Part shown: in pieces, positions 41,265 to 50,955 of the stretch | Layout: the number at the start of each line of letters is the position of its first letter | Position numbering within the stretch: position 1 is the first letter of the stretch | Assembly: GCA_965198235.1 (NCBI GenBank) | Contig: OZ240248.1 | Coordinates: forward strand, 992,001-1,056,000 | DNA: 64,000 nt | Source: Candidatus Poribacteria bacterium | Lineage (GTDB): Bacteria; Poribacteria; WGA-4E; WGA-3G | Direction: 5' to 3' | Position numbers and translations under genes: made by a program | The notes under the pieces: generated by a model | What the model was told of the DNA's origin: nothing | Databases searched by the model: none | Seen by the model: only the letters and a program-made list of their open reading frames with translations

Positions 41265-43349
41265 ATGAGGAACAAACTCTCCACTTTACGATTCCATGAT
41301 AAAATATTTATTGCTTACGGCTTCGTCTTCCTTGTCATGTTTGGTGTTGTCTTTGGGAGTACCAGTTTCCTGATTCGGCTCGCTTTTAAAAGGGACATTG
41401 ACAGGTACGTTGAGAAGATTCAAGCCCAGATTTCAAACAACTATCAGGCTTTTCTCAACAAGGTTCAAAAAGAAGTTCACGCTACAGCCACTGACGTAAG
41501 GTTGCACCGCGTCATAGAAAGGGAGTCGTCGTTCCCTGATCTACCAGCACCGGAGTTTGATCTCTTAGAGTATGGTACCCCGGATGGAAGACTGCTATAT
41601 CCCGACACAAGGGTAGGAAGAAGAAACCGAACATATAATCCGCTGGACAACCAGGAGGGGCATATACAACTCAGAAGTATTCCCCAACAGAGTGATCTGG
41701 GGTTACAATATGTGGTTCAGGTAACGGAAGCCAGCGAATGGGGATTTGTGACAGGAGGCTACCGGTTACAGACGTGGCTGGAGACGACCCAAACGAGCAT
41801 CCAATCAGATGAACATCCGATCTTCCTTGTAGGAAAGTCCCAACTGTCGGACACAGCATCCTTCGACACCGAATCGAAGATGACAGCGGCGGAGGACTGG
41901 CTGCCCTTAAATTATGCCTCTCAAACAGCGCAGGGGAGAGGATGGTTTAAATCACTTCCGAGTTGGCTTCCAGAGCGGAAAATCTTTTTACAGGGAACAG
42001 AAGGTACCGGGGGGCGCGCTTTTACCGCTTTTCGGATAACACCTTTCAACTCACCCTTCGCGACGACGCGCGAGACACCCGCTGTTGGCTTAATCGTTGC
42101 ATATTCGCATGAACGTCAGGTGAGATGGCAGCAGCAACTTACGATCACACTGCTTTTGAGTGGTATCGCTGGACTCGCGTTAGTTTATCTCATCAGTTAT
42201 ATCATTAGTCGGCGGATCACTCGTCCTATCGCGGTTCTACGCGAGGGGGTTAATCACATCGCGGCGGGTAATCTCGATCATCGCGTTAAAATCCAATCAC
42301 GTAACGAGGTGGGACAGCTTGCTGAGGGTTTCAATCAAATGGCGCAGGACCTGAAGCAGGGCTTGGAGGAACGTATGGCAGCAGAGCGTGCAGCGACTTG
42401 GAGAGATGCCGCACGGCAGGTGGCACATGAAATCAAAAACCCGCTCTTTCCGATTCGGCTCTCTGTTGAAAACCTGCAGCAGGCGAAATCTAACCCTGAA
42501 GTTTTTGAGCAAATATTCAGTGAATGTACGGACACAGTTATTGAAGAGGTGGATCGGATCGGTAAACTCATAGACGAGTTCCATCAATTCGCGCGAATGC
42601 CGAAGCCCCAGCGAAAATGGAACCAGTTGAATGACATCGTGAGATCTGTTCTGACACTGTACACCGGTAGACACATACCCGACCTTGAGCAGGAAAATGA
42701 AATTGCACCGATGAGTTCAGAGCAGGTAGACTCGGTACTACAAGATTCTACTGAGAAGTTTTGGCTTGAAAATATCTCCAAAATTAAAGTTAGGACTGAG
42801 TTAGCTCCGCTTCCTCGACTTTTAGTTGATCCGGAACAGATCGCACAAGCACTTGGCAACCTCCTGAAAAATGCAATTGAAGCTATGCCTGAAGGCGGAT
42901 TGCTTAAGGTTAAAACCTATTTCACGCCAGACACGCCGCAAATGAATACAAACGCGGCATCGGGAGAATCACACGACGAAAAACAGGGAACAAGGGACGA
43001 AAAAGATATGGACATCCATGGCACGGTTTCACTGGAAATCCAAGATACTGGTCACGGTATGTCCGAGGAGACTATGGCGAATCTCTTTGTGCCTTATTAC
43101 ACGACAAAGTCAGAGGCGAATGGTAGAGGACTCGGCGTGCCAATTGTGAGAAGGATTGTCACAGAGCACGGTGCTGAGATAGACTTTCAAAGCACCGAAG
43201 GCATAGGCACAACAGTCCGTATCCATTTTCCCTACAATCAAGGGACTCACTCCAAGGAATTTACATCGGCGGCTGAAGAATTAACACCACGCACGAGCTT
43301 GGTTACTGAACTGGAAACTGAAGATCAGGCGGTAGGCATTGAAGACTAA
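41265..43349 (+). CDS. NtrY-like sensor histidine kinase (2 TM, HAMP, HisKA, HATPase)
   Basis: WRDAARQVAHEIKNPL, NLLKNAIEA, DTGHG and GRGLG. Confidence 0.9.
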   Translation: MRNKLSTLRFHDKIFIAYGFVFLVMFGVVFGSTSFLIRLAFKRDIDRYVEKIQAQISNNYQAFLNKVQKEVHATATDVRLHRVIERESSFPDLPAPEFDLLEYGTPDGRLLYPDTRVGRRNRTYNPLDNQEGHIQLRSIPQQSDLGLQYVVQVTEASEWGFVTGGYRLQTWLETTQTSIQSDEHPIFLVGKSQLSDTASFDTESKMTAAEDWLPLNYASQTAQGRGWFKSLPSWLPERKIFLQGTEGTGGRAFTAFRITPFNSPFATTRETPAVGLIVAYSHERQVRWQQQLTITLLLSGIAGLALVYLISYIISRRITRPIAVLREGVNHIAAGNLDHRVKIQSRNEVGQLAEGFNQMAQDLKQGLEERMAAERAATWRDAARQVAHEIKNPLFPIRLSVENLQQAKSNPEVFEQIFSECTDTVIEEVDRIGKLIDEFHQFARMPKPQRKWNQLNDIVRSVLTLYTGRHIPDLEQENEIAPMSSEQVDSVLQDSTEKFWLENISKIKVRTELAPLPRLLVDPEQIAQALGNLLKNAIEAMPEGGLLKVKTYFTPDTPQMNTNAASGESHDEKQGTRDEKDMDIHGTVSLEIQDTGHGMSEETMANLFVPYYTTKSEANGRGLGVPIVRRIVTEHGAEIDFQSTEGIGTTVRIHFPYNQGTHSKEFTSAAEELTPRTSLVTELETEDQAVGIED

Positions 43350-43389
43350 ACCTATCCGTTCTTTAAATGCTCTGCATTAGGACAGAAAA

Positions 43390-44817
43390 ATGGAAACTAT
43401 TTTGATTGTAGATGACGAAAAAAATACGCTTAAGATGTTATCTCAGGGGCTCAAAATGCGCGGGTATCAAGCCCTAACAGCTGCAAGTGGTGAGGAAGCA
43501 TTGCAACAGTGCATCAAGTCCGATGTGGATCTTGTACTATTGGATATCCGCATGGAAAATGGGATGGATGGTGTTCGGACGCTTGTAAAACTTCGTGAAC
43601 GCTATCCCGAATTAAATGTGGTGATGATGTCTGCGCAACAAGATATCGAAATTGCTGTTACGACAATGGAACTCGGGGCAAAACGATATATCACAAAACC
43701 GATTAGTATTGATAAAATTCTCTCCAGTGTTCAGCCATTCTTAGATATATCGCGCTTATCGCAAGAAAATGAGATTCTGAAATCACAAATTACACCCACC
43801 GACGAAATGGTGGGTGAGAGTGCCGTTATTTCGCATCTCCGCTCGCAGATTGAGCGAGTCGCGGGAAGCAAACTCGGTGTCCTAATCTCTGGCGAAAATG
43901 GCACGGGTAAGCAGCTTGTTGCTAATGCGATCCATCGACAGAGCAGGCGTGCCGCGAAAACCTTTATTCCCCTCAACTGCGCCGCTTTGCCCGATGAACT
44001 TATTGAGAGTGAACTCTTTGGACATGAACGAGGCGCGTTCACTGGCGCAGATTCACGAAGACAGGGACGCTTTGAACTCGCTCACGGTGGAACTATCTTT
44101 CTTGATGAAATTGGCGATATGAGTTTAAAGGCGCAAGCAAAGGTCCTTCGCGTTATTGAAACAGGCGAAGTCGAACGTCTCGGGGGAAATCAGATTCGGA
44201 CGGTAGATGTCCGAATTATCGCTGCAACTAACAAACACCTCCCCGAGGAAATTGAAAAGGGGCGATTTCGACGCGATCTCTTCTATCGACTCAATGTCGT
44301 GCCTATTACCGTCCTACCCCTTCGAGAGCGAATAGAGGATATTCCGCTGTTAGTAAAATACTTTGCTGAGCGTTTGCAACTCAACATGGCATCTCCTCCA
44401 AAAGTCATTGACCCAGGGGCTTATGCTGTGTTTCAAAGTTACAATTGGCCCGGGAACATCCGGGAGTTAAAAAACATCGTTGAACGTCTCCTTATTATGG
44501 TAAATCGAGATGTTGTGATGGCACCCGATGTCGCCGAGGCTTTGTCATTGATTCCTCAATCCACTTCGTTATATCCACCGCCAAGCGCGACGCTGAATCA
44601 AGGTGTCTTACAGTCTTCTCTGGGGATACCGCTCTACAAACCTGGAACGGCTCTGAGTAAGATGATGGATACTGCCGAGGCGCAATGTATTCTTACGGCT
44701 TTGGAAGAAAATAAGTGGAACATCCGACGTACCGCAGAAGCATTAGAGGTGGAGCGGAGCAACTTGTACAAGAAAATGAACCGGTATGGTATTTCTCGGC
44801 CAAGTTCTGCAGCTTAA
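43390..44817 (+). CDS. Sigma54-type response regulator (NtrX/NtrC family)
   Basis: Receiver domain, GENGTGK, ESELFGHERGAFTGA, FLDEIGD, WPGNIREL and Fis-type HTH. Confidence 0.93.
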   Translation: METILIVDDEKNTLKMLSQGLKMRGYQALTAASGEEALQQCIKSDVDLVLLDIRMENGMDGVRTLVKLRERYPELNVVMMSAQQDIEIAVTTMELGAKRYITKPISIDKILSSVQPFLDISRLSQENEILKSQITPTDEMVGESAVISHLRSQIERVAGSKLGVLISGENGTGKQLVANAIHRQSRRAAKTFIPLNCAALPDELIESELFGHERGAFTGADSRRQGRFELAHGGTIFLDEIGDMSLKAQAKVLRVIETGEVERLGGNQIRTVDVRIIAATNKHLPEEIEKGRFRRDLFYRLNVVPITVLPLRERIEDIPLLVKYFAERLQLNMASPPKVIDPGAYAVFQSYNWPGNIRELKNIVERLLIMVNRDVVMAPDVAEALSLIPQSTSLYPPPSATLNQGVLQSSLGIPLYKPGTALSKMMDTAEAQCILTALEENKWNIRRTAEALEVERSNLYKKMNRYGISRPSSAA

Positions 44818-44841
44818 ACTGATGGAAGGTTTATCCTAATA

Positions 44842-45276
44842 ATGCTACAAAAAAACATCAACGAAAACGGCGGGATGACTCGACTTCAGTTGCTCATCCT
44901 TATTATTATAGCCGTTATTATTGTGGCACTTTCTTTTCCACCATGGCAGGAATATCGAAAAATGGGCGCGGCGGATATAGATGTCGAAACCATTGCCGTT
45001 GCTATCAAGAAGTACTTCAAGCACACCGGTGGGTATCCAATAAATTTAGATGCTTTGGTGACGGATCCTGGCGTTGAGGGATGGCGTGGGAACTATCTGG
45101 AATCTATTCCTAAGACACCTTGGGGTGGGCACTATGTCCTCCTTCAAGACACCTATAAGGTAGGGATTGCAAAAAATCACCCGCGCGTTCCCGAAAAATA
45201 TAAATTCGGTGGTGTCGCGGAGATCAGCAGAGTCTATCATGCGGATGCGCGCCTCGGTGAAAAGTATTGGTGGTAA
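44842..45276 (+). CDS. gspG: Type II secretion major pseudopilin-like protein
   Basis: G|MTRLQLL hydrophobic N-terminus; GGYP.NLDALV..P...GWRGNYL..IPKTPWG..Y. Confidence 0.7.
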   Translation: MLQKNINENGGMTRLQLLILIIIAVIIVALSFPPWQEYRKMGAADIDVETIAVAIKKYFKHTGGYPINLDALVTDPGVEGWRGNYLESIPKTPWGGHYVLLQDTYKVGIAKNHPRVPEKYKFGGVAEISRVYHADARLGEKYWW

Positions 45277-45279
45277 CCC

Positions 45280-46083
45280 GTGCTTGAAATCTGGATACCG
45301 TTACTCATCCTTCTTTTCGGTTTGGCAGTCGGTAGTTTTCTCAATGTATGTATCTATCGCATTCCGCTCCCAGACGTGTCGATTCATTCGCCACGTCGCT
45401 CTTTTTGCCCTGAGTGTAATGAGCCGATAAACATTCACGACAACATTCCCGTTTTAAGTTATCTGCTTTTGCGGGGAAGGTGTCGGTCTTGTAAGGCAAA
45501 AATTTCCGTTATATACCCATTGATTGAGCTGGCGACAGGGGTGCTGTTTCTGCTCATGTTCTATCACTTCGGGTTAACCCTCGAATTTCTACTCGCACTC
45601 GTTTTCATTGCTGTGTTGTTGCCGATCTCTGTAATTGATGTGAGGCACTATATTATTCCAAATGTTCTCATCGTTACAGGGTTGATTCTCGGATGCGTTA
45701 TCGTCTGCGCGATCGCGTATCAACGTACCGATGTTTGGTATCTGCTCGTCCGCCTCATCGGTGCCGTTACTGGGGGGATGGCGTTATGGTTAATTGCCAT
45801 GATTGGAAGCGCGATCTTACGCAAAAAAGCGATGGGGGGTGGGGACATCAAGCTAATGGCACTCAACGGATTGTTCCTCGGTGCGTGGCCCCAACTTGTG
45901 ATGGTAATAGCCTTCTCTGCCCTGAGTGGTGCGGTTGTCGGAAGTGCCTTGATTATCTCTGGACGGAAAAGCCGGCAGAGTCCTATCCCATACGGTCCTT
46001 TCCTTGCAGGTGCCGCTGTGCTTGTGCTTTTATGGGGAGATAGGCTATGGGATATATACTTGCGGTTCGTCGGCTGGAATTAA
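45280..46083 (+). CDS. pilD: Prepilin peptidase
   Basis: GSFLNVCIYRIP, two CxxC pairs, MGGGDIKL and IPYGPFL. Confidence 0.95.
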   Translation: MLEIWIPLLILLFGLAVGSFLNVCIYRIPLPDVSIHSPRRSFCPECNEPINIHDNIPVLSYLLLRGRCRSCKAKISVIYPLIELATGVLFLLMFYHFGLTLEFLLALVFIAVLLPISVIDVRHYIIPNVLIVTGLILGCVIVCAIAYQRTDVWYLLVRLIGAVTGGMALWLIAMIGSAILRKKAMGGGDIKLMALNGLFLGAWPQLVMVIAFSALSGAVVGSALIISGRKSRQSPIPYGPFLAGAAVLVLLWGDRLWDIYLRFVGWN

Positions 46084-46207
46084 ACAGTTTTCAGTAGTCA
46101 GTTTTCAGTTAAAGAAGATTTTGGATTCACCAACGTTTTTCGGAAAACCCAAAGTCTCTTTAACTACGTCGGTTTGATATAAAGCGGTTCCTGGATGCCA
46201 TAATGTA

Positions 46208-46330
46208 GGTGTTTTTGCTTGGGGTGTTTTTGCTTGGGTGTTTCTGCGTATTGATAAGGGTTTTTGCTTGGGGTTTTTAATAGGGGTCTTTGATAGGGTG
46301 TTTCTGCGGATTTCCCTGCGGATTTCCTCC
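46208..46330. repeat. Irregular tandem array of the GGTGTTTTTGCTTGGGTGTTTC repeat family
   Basis: Five to six partial copies head to tail; dispersed copies at 3853, 4021, 23519, 28844, 46473 and 60303. Confidence 0.85.
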
Positions 46331-46663
46331 AGGTTGAGCACTACATTAGATTCTGAAGATGTAGATGGGCTCGAGGTCCTGTTTCGTTTGGAATCTCAAT
46401 GTTGGTAATGAAACCCAACACGTTTCTTTCTTAAATTGACGCATATAGGGATAGTTGCTTCAGCCCCAGCGGGGGTTTTTGCTTGGGTGTTTCTTCAACA
46501 TGTGTGTAGAAATAGGAGTAAACATAACAGTCAAGCCCCAGCGGGGCGACATGTGTATAAGTGCCTGTAGATTTTTCTAAAAACTAAATGACCCTACGGA
46601 AACCCTAAAGGTTCCTTGACTGATAATTGAATAACTGTGTCTGTTTTAGGAAAGGCATCCTTT

Positions 46664-47596
46664 ATGAAAAATCGGAGAACCATTATATTTCTACTCGTGT
46701 TAGTTATTATATGGGACAGTCCTAAAATTGTTTCTGAAATTGAATCTCAACCTGCCATTTATTGGACAAGTTTCCGCAAGATAATGAAGATCCAACTTAC
46801 CAATGTGGGCAGCTCAAATAGCCAGTCTATCCTCACTACTGGATTGGAAGGTCCCTATGATATTGCGTTAGATATGCAACGAGATAAAATGTACTGGACA
46901 GTAGCCGGTAAAATTCAGTCTGCTGACTTGGATGGTTCAAACGCCAAGGATGTTATAACTGGATTAGATCACCCTCGCGATATTGCCTTGGATATGAAAG
47001 GGGGCAAAATATATTGGACGCAAGGATTTTTAATACATAAAATCTGTTGTGCCGATTTAGATGGCACAAACGTCCAAAACCTCGTCGGTGGATTAAACCA
47101 TCCAAGGGGTATTGCTTTGAACGTGCAAGAGGGAAAAATATACTGGACAGAAGGATCCCCGGAAACGCGTAAAACCCACTTCACCCTTCTGGACAGCAAA
47201 AAGTATTCGATAGAAGGCTCTCCTGATACGGCTAAAATCCGTTGTGCCGACTTGGATGGCACAAACATCCAAAGCCTTGTCACCACTGGATTAGACTATC
47301 CTGATGGGATCGCGTTAGACGTGGCAGGCGGCAGAATATATTGGACCCAATATCGGGCGGGCTCGAGGATGGGTAAAATCCGTTGTGCCGACTTGGATGG
47401 CACAAACGTCCAAGATCTCGTTACTGGATTAGGAAATCCAGAAGATATAGCCTTGGATGTTGCAGGCGGCAAAATGTACTGGATAGATTCTGGAACAAAT
47501 AAAATTCAGCACTCTAATCTGTACGGTATAGGTGTTCAAGACATTACCACTAAAGTAACCTGGTTAAAGAGTATCGCTGTAGTCCGCCCAAAATAG
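46664..47596 (+). CDS. Secreted LDL-receptor class B (YWTD-type) repeat beta-propeller protein
   Basis: Signal peptide; repeated GL..P..IALD...GKIYWT...KI.CADLDGTN. Confidence 0.88.
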   Translation: MKNRRTIIFLLVLVIIWDSPKIVSEIESQPAIYWTSFRKIMKIQLTNVGSSNSQSILTTGLEGPYDIALDMQRDKMYWTVAGKIQSADLDGSNAKDVITGLDHPRDIALDMKGGKIYWTQGFLIHKICCADLDGTNVQNLVGGLNHPRGIALNVQEGKIYWTEGSPETRKTHFTLLDSKKYSIEGSPDTAKIRCADLDGTNIQSLVTTGLDYPDGIALDVAGGRIYWTQYRAGSRMGKIRCADLDGTNVQDLVTGLGNPEDIALDVAGGKMYWIDSGTNKIQHSNLYGIGVQDITTKVTWLKSIAVVRPK

Positions 47597-47610
47597 TACA
47601 GAAACTATAG

Positions 47611-47800
47611 TTTTCTGATGCCAGGGTCTTTGAAGCACTCCAAGAACACTTTCACGGCGATGTTGAAATATCCACTGTCCTGACTGATAGCGCGATTGTT
47701 CGGGCACATGCTTGTGCTGCAGTGTGCCATAAAAAAAGCAGACGAGAGGCATAGGACTCGGAAACAGTCAGGATAGGTTTTCAACGAGGCTCAATCTATC
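47611..47800 (+). pseudogene. IS5-family (IS427-like) transposase remnant
   Basis: VFEALQEHF...VLTDSAIVRAHACAA, an A7G slippery run, then GLGNSQDRFSTRL resembling IDSTIVRAH...GRSRGGFSTK. Confidence 0.6.
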
Positions 47801-47875
47801 ACGGCGTAAGTTCTGTATAAAGAAACAATACTTTGGGCATGATGCTGTCATCCTATAAACATTGGAGGAATCATA

Positions 47876-50800
47876 ATGATAAAAGGCAAGTGCATTTACT
47901 GCAAGAAGGAAAAGGATTTAAATAGAGAACACGCTTTTCCTAAGTCTCTGCTCCAGAAAGGTACTCCAGAGTGGATAATCGACAAGCACTTATGCGAAGT
48001 TTGTAATAGCAACTTAGGGAAACTTGACGTGGTTTTGTCAAAGAGATCTCCGTTAGCGTATATATCGGAACGGCTTCAGGATGGACTGGAACCCAAAGAT
48101 AAAACGCTACATTCGTCTATCTACAATAAAAGAGCAGCTGGTGTTAATCCGGTGAGGCTATTTTTGCCGAATCCTGTCTACGATGATCATATAATTCTGC
48201 ATGAATTTAAAGTGGAGAGTGATAGTACAGGTCCCTCTGTTTATCCGATAAAGGCTCTACAGCCTCAGATAATCTTAACTCTCTATCCTAATGGACAGAC
48301 TAGCAGCAGAATCACTGCAGAAAATCTTGAGAAATTTAGCACTATTAGTTCAGATGAGGACTTCATTACAGACTATGACGAACATAAAGATATATATTGC
48401 ATTTTTGGAAATACCTACATTTTTCCACCAAAGGCTTCTGAGCGTTTCTTTGGTAGAGTGGCGGATTTTAAATCCATGTTCATGAAAGATTCTTCTAACA
48501 CTCGGTATGACTTATATGTTGTATTTCCTAAAGAAGGGACATATCAAGGGGCAGCAAATGTTTTTTACAACTCTTTTAAGGGCGATACAAAAGAGATTAT
48601 AGAAGCAAAGCAATTTCAAAATCCGGAGGTATTTACGCAGTTAATTCAAGCGGTATCTGATCCAAAATCTGTTCCAGAGTTTCTAAGGGCAATCGCAAAA
48701 ACAGCGTTTCATTGCTTTTTGTTCCATCATCCTGAATTTAGTGGACATGAACCTATATTTGCTGAAATCAGAGATTTTATCTATACCGGGACTTCCAATA
48801 AATTTGTCGCTCAATGTGGAAATCCTGAAACTGCAGATTTTGTTTATGATTCTACGGAGCATCTGCACGTTTTTTATTTTTTTATCCAAGGCAATGATAT
48901 TGGTTGCCAAATAGATTTTTTTACAGGACTGTTGCCTAATCAATTTTCTTATGAGGTAACCTTAGCAGGAAATCCCGAAAATTCACATCCAAGCTGCAGT
49001 CGTGTAGCATATATTCCGTTTTCTGTACATCCGAAAAGTCAGATAAAGAAAAGAATACATCAGGTAACCGAGCTTGGAATAGTACGGAAACCACGATGGG
49101 GCGAAGGGATGCTGTTGTTGCCTAGATCCACGCGAAAGAATGATGCTGTCTTCTATAATAATCGCGGCGAAGTTTACTTACGCGAAGGCAAGGTTGACGA
49201 AGCTATTGATGACTTTAACACCGCGGTAAAGTTACAACCTGAACTTGCAGCGGCTTATAACAATCGTGGGGTTGCTCACAGCAAAAAGGGTGAAATTGAC
49301 AAGGCCCTCAATAACTATAATGCAGCGGTACGACTCAACCCCGAGTTTGCTGAAGTCTATAACAATCTTGGCAATGTTTATGACGACAAAGACGATTTTG
49401 ACAAGGCTATTGTTAACTTTAACACGGCGATAAAATTCAAATCAGATTTCGTTGATGCCTATGTCAATCGCGGAGTTGCTTATGGCAAAAGGGACGAGTT
49501 TAACAAGGCGGTTAATGACTTCACCACGGCAATAAATCTGGATCCATATCATGCGGGGGCCTATTTCAACCGCGGCAATACTTACCTCCTCAAAGGTGAT
49601 TTTGAGACAGCTATTGAAAACTATAACACGTCAATAAAACTAAGTCCTGACGATGCTCAGTCCTACTGCCATCGCGGTCTTGCTTGGTTACACCTGAAAG
49701 AATGGGATAAAGCCAAGGTTGACCTGACCGCTGCGAAAGATAAAGGGGTTGATGTCATCGCTGTGTTTCATAACGGCTACAGAAACGTTGCAATGTTTGA
49801 GCGGAGAAACGGTTTTAAATTGCCGAAAGACATCGTCGAAATGTTGACGCAATATCCAGTCAACAGTTTCACCACGACGCAAAAAATTTTAACTTCCGAG
49901 GGTAAGTATCAAGAATCCTTTGCGGTGTTGGAACTACTGGAGAAATTTCGCAACGCTGGCAAACCGCTGAGCGAATATCTTCAGGAGCACCCTTCTCGTG
50001 GGATAACAACAGGGTGCAACGAGGTATTTATCGTAGAACGTGTCACGCGGGATGCACTCATTGCGGAACATCCATCGTCTGCTGATGTTTTAAAACCGTT
50101 TCTGATGGTGCGCGACATTAAACGTTGGCAGGTAAAACCACAGGACAAGTGGTTGATTTTTGCTCACCGAGGAATAGAGATTGACGCGTATCCTGCAATC
50201 AAGAAGCACTTAAAAAAATACAGTGATGCTCTGAAAAAAAGATCGGGTAAACAGGAATGGTATGAACTTTCAGTTGCCCCTGCAGATACCGATCGATTTG
50301 CGCAGCCGAAATGTCTCTATCCAGACATGGCGAGCGAAACTGCGTTTGCGTTTGACGATGAAGGCTACTATGTGGGAAGTCCTGCCTATTTATTATCAAC
50401 ACCGGAACTGTGGCTTCTCGGTGTGTTGAACACCAAAGCGGTTTCATGGTTCTACGCGCGGACGGCTCCACAGATTCGAGGCCCGTTTTTAAAATTCGTA
50501 CCTCGGTATGTCTCTCAAATTCCGATCCCTGATATGGAATCGGAGCAGCGGACGCTCATTCACAAATTCGTTGAATATATCCTTTATCTCAAGAAGCAGC
50601 CTACGGTAAACAGTAAGGATTTAAAATACGCCCACGACCGTGTGATGCTCGGATATTTTGAGCGGATAATTGATGGCATGGTTTATGAGTCGTATCTGCC
50701 AGACGAGCTTCATAAAGGCCGCAAACACTTTTTCCAACCGCTACTTGATGAGGAATTGCCGCGACTGGAAGAGATTGAAGAGCAGAATAGTGACAAAATG

Positions 50801-50914
50801 CCTGCTTTTCGGGAGATCTTTGAGCGATTATACGATAAGCATCATCCGGTTGCGAAAAATCTTTTCTTTTTGGATAGTGTCAAACCTATCCGCATCATTG
50901 AGAGTAAGGTATGA
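47876..50914 (+). CDS. Fusion protein: N-terminal HNH endonuclease, central TPR array, C-terminal TaqI-like (type IIG RM) specificity domain
   Basis: CIYC...EHAFPKSL...CEVCN; about 7 TPRs (YNNRG, ~49140-49740); RGITTGCNEVF, LKPFL..RDIKRW, QEWYEL, LLGVLN and YVSQIPIP; no MTase motifs seen. Confidence 0.8.
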   Translation: MIKGKCIYCKKEKDLNREHAFPKSLLQKGTPEWIIDKHLCEVCNSNLGKLDVVLSKRSPLAYISERLQDGLEPKDKTLHSSIYNKRAAGVNPVRLFLPNPVYDDHIILHEFKVESDSTGPSVYPIKALQPQIILTLYPNGQTSSRITAENLEKFSTISSDEDFITDYDEHKDIYCIFGNTYIFPPKASERFFGRVADFKSMFMKDSSNTRYDLYVVFPKEGTYQGAANVFYNSFKGDTKEIIEAKQFQNPEVFTQLIQAVSDPKSVPEFLRAIAKTAFHCFLFHHPEFSGHEPIFAEIRDFIYTGTSNKFVAQCGNPETADFVYDSTEHLHVFYFFIQGNDIGCQIDFFTGLLPNQFSYEVTLAGNPENSHPSCSRVAYIPFSVHPKSQIKKRIHQVTELGIVRKPRWGEGMLLLPRSTRKNDAVFYNNRGEVYLREGKVDEAIDDFNTAVKLQPELAAAYNNRGVAHSKKGEIDKALNNYNAAVRLNPEFAEVYNNLGNVYDDKDDFDKAIVNFNTAIKFKSDFVDAYVNRGVAYGKRDEFNKAVNDFTTAINLDPYHAGAYFNRGNTYLLKGDFETAIENYNTSIKLSPDDAQSYCHRGLAWLHLKEWDKAKVDLTAAKDKGVDVIAVFHNGYRNVAMFERRNGFKLPKDIVEMLTQYPVNSFTTTQKILTSEGKYQESFAVLELLEKFRNAGKPLSEYLQEHPSRGITTGCNEVFIVERVTRDALIAEHPSSADVLKPFLMVRDIKRWQVKPQDKWLIFAHRGIEIDAYPAIKKHLKKYSDALKKRSGKQEWYELSVAPADTDRFAQPKCLYPDMASETAFAFDDEGYYVGSPAYLLSTPELWLLGVLNTKAVSWFYARTAPQIRGPFLKFVPRYVSQIPIPDMESEQRTLIHKFVEYILYLKKQPTVNSKDLKYAHDRVMLGYFERIIDGMVYESYLPDELHKGRKHFFQPLLDEELPRLEEIEEQNSDKMPAFREIFERLYDKHHPVAKNLFFLDSVKPIRIIESKV

Positions 50915-50955
50915 GAATTACCAAATCATTGAGAGTAAGGTATGAGAATTACCAA
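50894..50955. repeat. Exact 31-bp tandem duplication of the stop/start junction
   Basis: ATCATTGAGAGTAAGGTATGAGAATTACCAA at 50894-50924 and 50925-50955. Confidence 0.95.

Noticed and set aside
46105-46341. 78-aa ORF with repeated NTQAKT peptides
   Set aside because: Translation of the repeat array; no evidence it is a gene
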